Of a stretch of 54,355 bases of DNA, positions 37,304-44,978 are shown one piece after another (positions within the stretch are counted from its first letter, which is position 1; every line of letters begins with the position of its first letter). Position numbers and translations under genes: made by a program. This DNA comes from Dehalococcoidia bacterium (GTDB lineage: Bacteria > Chloroflexota > Dehalococcoidia > Bin125). The stretch lies in contig DAOUHS010000042.1 of assembly GCA_034428415.1 (NCBI GenBank), positions 1-54,355 of the forward strand, in the 5' to 3' direction. The notes under the pieces are model-generated. The model was not told the origin of the DNA. It saw nothing but the letters and a program-made list of their open reading frames with translations, and did no database searches.

Positions 37304-38466
37304 TAGTTCGCCAGCATCGTCCGTTCGAACGGATGAACCTGCTCAAAGTCGCCCACCACGATCTCCTCAGGCTCCACGCCCATCCACTGTTCCAGCATGG
37401 TGCCGTAGATCCCGCGGAAGTCGATCTTGTGCTGCAGGTCTTCGCCGTTCAGCCAGTCCTTGGGGTCCACCGACGGGTACTCGGCGTACAGGCCGCCCTT
37501 GACGTGCTCGCCAATGATGAACGCGCCGCCGCCGGAACCGTGGTCTGTGCCCGACCCGTTGTCCTTCATCCGCCGGCCGAACTCTGTGAAGACGAGCACC
37601 GAGACTTCCTCGGCCGCGTTGTGCTCACGCAGGTCGGTCAGGAAATCGTCGAGCGCGCCGGTCATGTCACGCAGCAGACCGGGGTGAACCGGCGGCTGGT
37701 GCGAGTGCGTGTCGTAGCCAATGTGGTTGGTGTAGAAGACGCGGGCGCCCAGGCCGGCGGTGTGGATCCGGGCCACGTCGCGCAGCGCGTTGGCGATCGG
37801 GTTGGAGCCGTACTCAACCGACGACTCGTATATGCCTGGAACCGGGGCTAGCATGTCGGCCCCGGCCAGCGAGTCGATTCCGGTCTGGCGCAGGTAGTCC
37901 ATGACCATGCCCGTGCCGATCGCCGGCGTGTACATCCGCTTGAAAATCTCAAGATCGCGGTTGCGGTCTTCCTCGGCCTGGATGTCGGGCATCAGACCGT
38001 AGTTGTCGAGGTCGCCGACCGACGTCGCCGTCACGCCCGCCGCCACCATCGCCCTCGGCAGACCGCGGCCAATGTTGATCCCCGTCAGCGGATTCTCCGA
38101 GTGCGGGTCGAGCCGCTGGATCAGCTTCGCCACCCAGCCCTCAGTCGAGATCCGGTCCGGCTCACAGGTGTGCAGGATGTCCATGCCGCGGAAGTGCGAT
38201 CGCGACGCGTTCGGATAACCGATCCCCTGGATCACAGCCACGTCGCCGTTGTCGTACATCTTCTTCATGCGCTCGGCGGCCGGATTGAATCCCAACTCAT
38301 CGTTGATCGGCAGCACCTCATCCTGAGGAACACCCACTAGCGGTCGCGCATCGTAGTAATGGCCCTCGCTATAGGGAACCAGGGTGTTCATGAAGTCGTT
38401 GCCGCCCGAAAGCTGGACAATGACCAGGACAGGATCCTTCTTCTCGCTGTGACCGTTGCCGCTCAT
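37303..38466 (-). CDS. DUF1501 domain protein (sulfatase/phosphatase-like fold)
   Basis: Motifs VIVQLSGGNDFMNT, SHF, FTEFGRR and GTDHG. No twin-arginine or Sec signal is visible at the N-terminus. Confidence 0.85.
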   Translation of the reverse strand: MSGNGHSEKKDPVLVIVQLSGGNDFMNTLVPYSEGHYYDARPLVGVPQDEVLPINDELGFNPAAERMKKMYDNGDVAVIQGIGYPNASRSHFRGMDILHTCEPDRISTEGWVAKLIQRLDPHSENPLTGINIGRGLPRAMVAAGVTATSVGDLDNYGLMPDIQAEEDRNRDLEIFKRMYTPAIGTGMVMDYLRQTGIDSLAGADMLAPVPGIYESSVEYGSNPIANALRDVARIHTAGLGARVFYTNHIGYDTHSHQPPVHPGLLRDMTGALDDFLTDLREHNAAEEVSVLVFTEFGRRMKDNGSGTDHGSGGGAFIIGEHVKGGLYAEYPSVDPKDWLNGEDLQHKIDFRGIYGTMLEQWMGVEPEEIVVGDFEQVHPFERTMLAN

Positions 38467-38497
38467 CTGTGGGCTCCGTTTCCACTATCTACTTTGT

Positions 38498-38572
38498 TCC
38501 CCTCTCCACCTGGAAGAGGGCTATTCCGGTTCCCTCTCCCTCTGGGAGAGGGCTAGGGTGAGGGCCCCTCCC
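38498..38572 (+). repeat. REP-like repeat doublet (partial copy plus full copy; family copy 2)
   Basis: A partial copy cccctctccacctggaagagggcta (38499-38523) is followed by ttccctctccctctgggagagggctagggtgagggcccctcc (38530-38572). The core hairpin is ccctctcc-ctctg-ggagaggg. It lies in the spacer between the DUF1800 stop and the DUF1501 start. Confidence 0.8.
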
Positions 38573-38614
38573 CCACCCCACGTGTCCCGCGCTCTCACAC
38601 GAGGACTTGCCCGC

Positions 38615-40012
38615 CTACGCGAACTGGTACTCAGGCGAAGCCAGCACCAGGCGCAAAGTCTGCGCCGCGCGCTGACCCGCCGCCTCGACTGCCTCGTCGC
38701 CGTCGAAGGACAGATCGCCACCCTCCGACGCCGCGTCAAGCAGCGCCGAGCGGGTCGTGTCCGATACCTCCAGCGGGCCGGCGAAATCGAGCGTCGCGTC
38801 AACCAGATCCTCGGCACTGCTCGCGCCGAGCCGCTGCAATCGGCTGACCAGTTCCTGCACGCCCGGAGTGGACGGGTCGGAGACCAGCTTGGAAGCGAAG
38901 TTGATCCGCTCCATCAGCGTGCCGCCGTCGATCCATTCCTTGCCCGTGTGCCAACCCTCAACCGAGGGCGGGTCCATCAGGCTCTGACCCATCGCGCCCA
39001 TCGTCATGTGCAGGTTCCACATCTCAGGCTGCGGGAGCTCGAGCTTGCCGGACAACTTGTACGCGCCCGCAACCCACTCCGCCGGGCACTTAACTCGCTC
39101 GTAGCGAGCCTCTTTGAACCACTCGGCGTTGAACAGCACGCGCATCACTGCGCGCAGGTCGCCATTCGACTCGGCAAACGCCGATGCCAGCTCGGCCACC
39201 GCCTCCGGGTTGCCCGGTTCGGTCACGGACCAGGCCGACACGCCCGGCTCGTCCTTGACGAAGAAGTTGTACAGGTGCCGTCCGATAAAGCGGCCGGTCG
39301 CCGGCTGCTGGACGATGATGTCGATGATGTCCTCACCGTTGAAGTTGCCCTTGTGCCCAAGGAACTCCTTCTCGGAGTGGTCATGCAGATCGTCGCGGTA
39401 GACGAAGCGCGCCGGGTATCCACCATGCGGATACAGCGGAATCGGCTGCTCGAACGTCCAGCCCGTGAAGCTGTACGCCGCCGCCTTGATGTCGTCCTCG
39501 GTGTAGTTGCCCACACCCATCGAGAACAACTCAAGCAGCTCGCGCCCATAGTTCTCATTCGGAGCGCCCACAACCGACTCGCTGTTGTCCAGCCAGAAGA
39601 TCATTAGCGGGTCGCGAGACAGCTCTTCCAGCAGCACCCGCATGTTGGCCAGGCCGTGCTGCCGGAACATCTGGATATGCACCGGCATCGATGGTCCGTG
39701 CTCCGACTTGAACCAAGCCGTCGCAAACACGTGGTGCCAGAACAGCGCCATCTTCTCCCGCAGCGGAGACTCCGAGTTCACCATCCAGTAAATCCAGCGA
39801 CCACTCCAGGGCCACGGAGTATCCGAGTTCGCCAGCGCCGGGAAGTAGCGGAAGACCAGGTCATCGTCATCCTCGGCCAGCGCCGGGTTGATCAGATCCT
39901 CAACAATGTCGGCATACGGCCGCTTCGACAGCTCGTCGAGCTCGGCGGGCGTCGCACCCGCCCCAACACGACGCATCAAGTGGGCGACCAGCGCTCGTTG
40001 GTCGTCAGACAT
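38615..40012 (-). CDS. DUF1800 domain protein
   Basis: LVAHLMRRVGAGATPAEL at the N-terminus and WFKSEHGPSM, LELFSMGVGNYTEDD downstream. The start was chosen at the ATG preceded by GAGGTG, and the longest ORF begins with TTG at 40063. Confidence 0.85.
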   Translation of the reverse strand: MSDDQRALVAHLMRRVGAGATPAELDELSKRPYADIVEDLINPALAEDDDDLVFRYFPALANSDTPWPWSGRWIYWMVNSESPLREKMALFWHHVFATAWFKSEHGPSMPVHIQMFRQHGLANMRVLLEELSRDPLMIFWLDNSESVVGAPNENYGRELLELFSMGVGNYTEDDIKAAAYSFTGWTFEQPIPLYPHGGYPARFVYRDDLHDHSEKEFLGHKGNFNGEDIIDIIVQQPATGRFIGRHLYNFFVKDEPGVSAWSVTEPGNPEAVAELASAFAESNGDLRAVMRVLFNAEWFKEARYERVKCPAEWVAGAYKLSGKLELPQPEMWNLHMTMGAMGQSLMDPPSVEGWHTGKEWIDGGTLMERINFASKLVSDPSTPGVQELVSRLQRLGASSAEDLVDATLDFAGPLEVSDTTRSALLDAASEGGDLSFDGDEAVEAAGQRAAQTLRLVLASPEYQFA

Positions 40013-40181
40013 GGAAAGCACCTCTCGAGAAACGTCCATGCGCGGGTACGAAGAATCGATCAAGCCCGCGCGATTGCTCTACAGACGCAATATAGGACAT
40101 GCAGACCGAGAGATTGGGTACGGATGCGTACCATATGCAGCCAGATCTCCAGGACCAACATCGACCGATTATCGTTGACCC

Positions 40182-40541
40182 ATGACCACCCGAGCCGACT
40201 TCCACGCCGACACCGCAGAAGCCTTCTTGGCCAAAGCCCGCGCCTACCTGGCCGACGGCGACCTCCTGCAAGCCTCCGAGAAAGCCTGGGGAGCCGCAGC
40301 CCAAACGGTCAAGGCCGCCGCCGAGCAACGAGGCTGGCGCCATCAATCCCACGGCGACCTCTTCCAAATCGTCAAGCGACTCGCCGATGAGTCGACCGAT
40401 TCGTCGCTGCACGCCTTGTTTCACTCGGCAAAAGCGCTGCACCAGAACTTCTATGAAGGACTGATGACTGAGGACGGCGTGGCGGTCGGCCTCCAACAGG
40501 TAGATGAATTCGTCCGACGCCTCGATCAGCGACCCAACTGA
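40182..40541 (+). CDS. PaREP1-family protein (HEPN-clan helical protein)
   Basis: AEAFLAKARAYLADGDLLQASEKAWGAAAQTVKAAAEQRGWRHQSHGDL matches the PaREP1 pattern (kGd..qASEK.W.Aa...vKa.A...G....sH). Confidence 0.6.
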   Translation: MTTRADFHADTAEAFLAKARAYLADGDLLQASEKAWGAAAQTVKAAAEQRGWRHQSHGDLFQIVKRLADESTDSSLHALFHSAKALHQNFYEGLMTEDGVAVGLQQVDEFVRRLDQRPN

Positions 40542-40610
40542 ATCCCGCCAACCCCTCGCTATACTGCGCAGCAACTTCAGCAATTCCGTACTCAACGCCT
40601 GGAGCGCTCT

Positions 40611-42359
40611 ATGGGCCTGCACAAGACTTCCGGTAACGGCGACAGCGGGTCGTCACCCGCCTACATGGACCGCACCACCGCGGCCGCCTATGACCGCTAC
40701 CGCGAGACCGTCGTCGACCGCGACAATACCTCCGCCCTCCACCAGGCCTTCGACCTGATCAAGGACGGTCGCCCGACCACCGAAATCCTCTCGGAGACCG
40801 TCCGCGCGCACGCCCCCTACACGCACGTGCCCTACCACCAGCGGATCGACGCAGGCATCGTCCGCTTCGTCAACAACGACCACTGCCTGCTCTCCTCCCG
40901 CGCGACCCTCGGCCTGCAGAACCTCGTCTCCGAGGAAATGCGCCACCTGCCCCTCACCCAGACCGCCTGGTACGTGCCCACCGGACTCGACATCTGGAAC
41001 CAGCTCAAGGGCCGCATGCCCGGACACTACTCACGCCGCACCTACGACCCCGAGAAGTACCCCGACGGCCCCGCGCCGCCCGCCGCCCACTGGGACGACC
41101 AGCGACCCACCAACTACGACGGCTCCCTCGAAGAGGGCCTCAACGATTGGCTCACGCTCGTCCAGTACGGACAGGTCAACGAGGAATACTCCCTCTTCCT
41201 CGGCCTCTGGGACAAGTTCCCCGAGCGCCGCGAAGAACTCCTCGGCCAGATGATGTTCGCCGGACTGATCGACGTCCAGGACCGGATGTTCTGGAACCGC
41301 TCCTACACCACCGGACACAAGTCCTTCCGCGCCCGCGCGACCATCACCCTCGGACGTGCCATCGGCTGGGACAACGCCCATCACGTGCTCTACGCCGGCG
41401 TCCCCGACATCGCCGTCGGACCGCGCTGGTACTCCCTCTTCGAGTCCGCCTGCCAGATCATGATGTACCACCTCGAGGAAGAGCCGCCCGCCTCATCGCT
41501 CAACGCGACTCAGACCTCGACTCGCGATCAGGAGCTCTTCCGCAACCAGATCCCCCTCTCGCCGCCCGAGGCCGAGGGCCTGATCCGCTCGGTCATCCGC
41601 GAGCCCGAAGAGTCCTACATCGAGGACATCGTCGCCCTGCTCAAGGCCGGCCGCTCCCCCAAGTCAATCCTCGACGCCATCCAGATCGCTGCCGCCCGCG
41701 TCGTCCTCGAATGCGGCCTGCCGGCCAACTTCTCCATGCCCCAGCACGGCTACGAGTACACCAACATGGTCGGCTGGTTCTACGAGAACTTCGACCACCC
41801 CCACAAGACCAAGCTGCTCTTCATTGCCGCCAACTTCATCAACCAGTGCGCCCACTGGGTAACTAATTCCAAGGGCAACAAGACCCGCGGCACCGCGACC
41901 TACTTCGCCGGCTACTCCATGGACCAGGACGCCCCGCCCATGACCCAGGGCAAGCTCCTCGGCGAACTCAATGAAGCCATGCTCGCCCTCGACACCGAGC
42001 AGTCGGTGTTCTGGGTCGAGACCTACCTCAAGCAGGGCTACGACGACGCCCTACTCGTCGAGACCCTCGCCGACGGCATCGCCAAGCAAGGCAACGACCC
42101 CCATAACCAGGAAATCGGACTCTGCATGCTCGAGGACTACCGCCGTACCTCCTCCGAGATGCGCAACACCCTCCTCCTTTCCGCCGCCCACCACACCGCC
42201 GGCCACATGAAGTACGGAGACCAGTACCAGTCCTACCGATACTTCGCCGACGCCTTCGGAATGCAAGTTGAAGAAGGTGCCCTGGGAGAAACCCCAACAA
42301 TCGAAAACCTCGCCGACGACGTAGAAGCCGAACTGCTCGTCTCCGAACCAACGGACTAG
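40611..42359 (+). CDS. Hypothetical 582-aa protein, no family recognised (His-rich conserved-looking motifs)
   Basis: Long uninterrupted ORF with coding-like composition and GGAG upstream. Motifs include HVPYHQRID, YTTGHKSFRAR, QHGYEYTN and AAHHTAGHMKYGD. Confidence 0.7.
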   Translation: MGLHKTSGNGDSGSSPAYMDRTTAAAYDRYRETVVDRDNTSALHQAFDLIKDGRPTTEILSETVRAHAPYTHVPYHQRIDAGIVRFVNNDHCLLSSRATLGLQNLVSEEMRHLPLTQTAWYVPTGLDIWNQLKGRMPGHYSRRTYDPEKYPDGPAPPAAHWDDQRPTNYDGSLEEGLNDWLTLVQYGQVNEEYSLFLGLWDKFPERREELLGQMMFAGLIDVQDRMFWNRSYTTGHKSFRARATITLGRAIGWDNAHHVLYAGVPDIAVGPRWYSLFESACQIMMYHLEEEPPASSLNATQTSTRDQELFRNQIPLSPPEAEGLIRSVIREPEESYIEDIVALLKAGRSPKSILDAIQIAAARVVLECGLPANFSMPQHGYEYTNMVGWFYENFDHPHKTKLLFIAANFINQCAHWVTNSKGNKTRGTATYFAGYSMDQDAPPMTQGKLLGELNEAMLALDTEQSVFWVETYLKQGYDDALLVETLADGIAKQGNDPHNQEIGLCMLEDYRRTSSEMRNTLLLSAAHHTAGHMKYGDQYQSYRYFADAFGMQVEEGALGETPTIENLADDVEAELLVSEPTD

Positions 42360-42390
42360 TCCCCGACCATCAACTCCGTCGCCCCGCGCC

Positions 42391-42432
42391 GATCCCCTCT
42401 CCCTCTGGGAGAGGGCTAAGGTGAGGGCCCTC
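42391..42432 (+). repeat. REP-like stem-loop repeat (family copy 3)
   Basis: gatcccctctccctctgggagagggctaaggtgagggccctcc is nearly identical to the copy at 37263. It lies 32 nt after the stop of the 582-aa gene. Confidence 0.8.
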
Positions 42433-42479
42433 CGATCCACAACCTCCCTCCTCACCACGAGTGATACGATTCCCACTAC

Positions 42480-43502
42480 ATGACAACCCCCGAGGTCTCC
42501 AGCCGCTCCGCCGAAGACGATCCCGAACCGCCACATAGTGTGATGCGGCTGACCGACGGCCGAGCGCTGAGCTGGGCCGAGTACGGCGACCCAAACGGGG
42601 AGCCGCTCTTCTTCCACCACGGCATCCCCTCATCACGTGTCGCCGCCGCCGTCATGGAGCCCGGCGCCGCCCGAGCAGGCGTCCGGCTCATCGCCCCCGA
42701 GCGACCCGGTTTCGGCTACTCCGACCCTCTGCCCGGCCGAACCATTCTCGACTGGCCCGCCGACCTCCGCCAGCTCGCCGACTACCTCGAGTTCGAGAAG
42801 TTCTCCGTCGCCGGCATCTCCGCCGGACTGCCCTACACCCTCGCCTGCGCACTGCACATGCCCGATCGCCTGCATCGCGTCGCCCTGGTCTCAGGACTTG
42901 GCGCGATCGACTCCGGCGAGGTACTCGAGGGCATGTCCTACGAGTGGCGTCTGATCTACACCCTCTTCCTCAAGTCTCAGCGCCTCGCCTCGCTCTGGAT
43001 GCGCGGCTACGGACGCTCCGTGCAGAAACGACCCGAACGAGTCGTCGCCGAGCAAATCAAGCGAATGCCCCCCGTCGACGGCAAAATCCTCGGCTCCGAA
43101 CCAACCCTCACCAACCGCATCACCGACCTCCGAGAAGCTTTCCGCCAGGGACCCGCCGCCGCCGGCGACGAAGCCCGACATCATCTCGAGCCCTGGGGCT
43201 TCGACCTCAAGGACGTCGAGTTCCCCGTCATGCTCTGGCACGCCATGCTCGACGAATCACACCCAATCCAAATGGGACGCCGAATCGCCGCCGAACTCCC
43301 AAACTGCCGACCCATCTACGTCGACGGAGTCGGCTCTCTGGGCTTCATCGAACACGCCGAATCAATCTTCAACGCCCTCTTCGTCGAAGCGCCAAGAATC
43401 CCAAGAACGCACACGCCCGTAGAAGCCACTCCAGAAGCCGAAGAAGCCGAAATCTTCGCACCTCTCCTGGAAGTCCTCCCCGAACCCCTAGTCGGCGAAT
43501 AA
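42480..43502 (+). CDS. Alpha/beta hydrolase
   Basis: Motifs LFFHHGIPSSR and the nucleophile elbow VAGISAGLPY, with a C-terminal acidic/Pro tail. Confidence 0.8.
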   Translation: MTTPEVSSRSAEDDPEPPHSVMRLTDGRALSWAEYGDPNGEPLFFHHGIPSSRVAAAVMEPGAARAGVRLIAPERPGFGYSDPLPGRTILDWPADLRQLADYLEFEKFSVAGISAGLPYTLACALHMPDRLHRVALVSGLGAIDSGEVLEGMSYEWRLIYTLFLKSQRLASLWMRGYGRSVQKRPERVVAEQIKRMPPVDGKILGSEPTLTNRITDLREAFRQGPAAAGDEARHHLEPWGFDLKDVEFPVMLWHAMLDESHPIQMGRRIAAELPNCRPIYVDGVGSLGFIEHAESIFNALFVEAPRIPRTHTPVEATPEAEEAEIFAPLLEVLPEPLVGE

Positions 43503-43505
43503 GCC

Positions 43506-43583
43506 CAGACCCCCTCTTTGGGGGACGTGTCACAACCAGACCAGGCCAGACCTCCCCCCTTGGGGGAGGTGTCACGAAGTGAC
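43506..43583 (+). repeat. Tandem pair of ~28-nt hairpin-containing direct repeats
   Basis: Unit 1 is cagaccccctctttgggggacgtgtcac (43506-43533) and unit 2 is cagacctccccccttgggggaggtgtcac (43547-43575). Then gtcac-gaa-gtgac follows. It lies in a convergent intergenic region. Confidence 0.7.
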
Positions 43584-43637
43584 GGAGGGGCTCCCCGCAC
43601 ACCTAACTCACTCCTATCGCAGGCAGCCGACACGCCG

Positions 43638-43674
43638 CCAAAAGGAAAGGGCGCCCACAAGGAGCGCCCCTTCC
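43638..43674 (-). terminator. Rho-independent terminator of the ThuA-like gene
   Basis: On the minus strand, ggaaggggcgc-tccttgtgg-gcgccctttcc is followed by ttttgg. It starts 25 nt after the stop codon. Confidence 0.7.
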
Positions 43675-43698
43675 CAACGATGCGACGAAAAGCCCCAA

Positions 43699-44514
43699 TC
43701 AGCCCCGAGCCCAATTGATGCTGTTCTGCAACAGCCGACCATACTCCTCAGTCTCCCAGGTAAACCGAAGCACCCGAGGCATCTCCCCGTTCTCGTCCCG
43801 AGCATTCTCCTCCACAAACGGCTGAGAATTCGTCAACGGCGAGTGACAGTGACCCAGGGCAATGTAGCAAACGCCGCCCTCACCGATCCCACGCGTGTAA
43901 CCAAACACCCGGGTAACCCCGTCCGCCTCAAGCGCCGTGTCCTCCTCATAGTCGAAACCGAAATCCGGATAGGTGTCCGGCCCGATCGGCGCGGTCAGCA
44001 GGATGTCGGTGTTGGGACGATCCGTGATCTCGATCATGTACGGCTCGTCGATCACATCAAACTGCTCCGGCAGACCCTCCAGGATCGGCGAGTTCACATT
44101 CTTCACATCCACCGTGAAGCGCTTGATCGGAGGGTGATTGATAAAGAACCCACCCAGCGTCTCGTGGTGCTCCATCTTGACCATCGCGCGCTTGCCCCCA
44201 CCCATGCGGGCAGCCTTGCCGCCCGAGGTGCCATGCAGGCCGACCCAATGGCCGCCGTTGCCGATCCAGTCGCGCAAGATTTCGTTCTGCGGGTCATCGG
44301 CGTAGGGGCCGGCGGTGTAGGTGATCAGCACGTCCGTGACGGGCAGCCACTTCCACATGTCGGTGAAGTCGTTGCCGGTGGTCGCGCGGACATTGCCGTC
44401 CGAGTAGAGCATGTCGAGCAGTCGCAGGCGGGCAAAGTCCATGTCGTGCCCGCCGTGCTGTCCGGGTGGAAATCCGCCGGTCACGACGTGTACGCGAGTC
44501 GGTGCGGTGGCCAT
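43699..44514 (-). CDS. ThuA-domain protein (class I glutamine-amidotransferase-like fold)
   Basis: RVHVVTGGFPPGQHGGHD, DVLITYTAGP and GGHWVGLHGTSG fit the ThuA pattern. Confidence 0.65.
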   Translation of the reverse strand: MATAPTRVHVVTGGFPPGQHGGHDMDFARLRLLDMLYSDGNVRATTGNDFTDMWKWLPVTDVLITYTAGPYADDPQNEILRDWIGNGGHWVGLHGTSGGKAARMGGGKRAMVKMEHHETLGGFFINHPPIKRFTVDVKNVNSPILEGLPEQFDVIDEPYMIEITDRPNTDILLTAPIGPDTYPDFGFDYEEDTALEADGVTRVFGYTRGIGEGGVCYIALGHCHSPLTNSQPFVEENARDENGEMPRVLRFTWETEEYGRLLQNSINWARG

Positions 44515-44978
44515 ATGGACCTCATTTCAGTCTGAATCAGAGATGTAGGGCCAATGATAGGCGAACGCCGGTAGGGAACTTGCGCCATCTGGTCGTCGTT
44601 CAACTCCAAGGCCAAGCAACTACCCCAGCGAGGAACGAAAGGCCGACAGATGAATCGACGATGGTTGCTTTAGTGCGCGATCCTCGCGAGCTTGAAATTG
44701 ATTGCCCTCAGCGGCGCTGGATTTGGGGTCTGGTTGTTGGTCGTCCTGGACGGCACCTCTGTGACTGGGGCACTGCTCACTGCGTTGGCAGGATTCGGCT
44801 TCTGGTCGCTACTGGCGACTTGGTTTGGATTCACCTTCTGGCAAACGTGGCATCAACGGAGTTGAAAAATCTTGGTCGACTTCGGGAACTATTACCCGGT
44901 TTACATCGTCTAGGTCGGCAACGGGATGGGAGCCGGTCGTAAATCTCCCTTTCCGAAGTAGTCGGTCAGGAGGCCAAC

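Noticed and set aside
38498-38572. Possible CRISPR array (also considered for 43506-43583)
   Set aside because: There are only two adjacent units with no regular repeat-spacer periodicity. Other copies are dispersed singly, and no cas genes are present. This behaves like a REP/MITE-type element instead.
40005-40622. 205-aa minus-strand ORF
   Set aside because: It is antisense to the PaREP1-like gene, which has the recognisable family motif. It would also overlap the DUF1800 start region.
43518-43718. Small ORFs (66-132 aa, both strands) across the 43503-43698 intergenic region
   Set aside because: They are translations of hairpin repeats and the terminator (peptides such as DTSPKGGG). They have no RBS and implausible composition.
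44466-44942. 158-aa plus-strand ORF in the ThuA/vWA intergenic region
   Set aside because: Its translation is Arg/Trp/Cys-rich and not protein-like. It begins inside the ThuA-like gene on the opposite strand. A different frame holds the more plausible 57-codon hydrophobic ORF reported as a finding.
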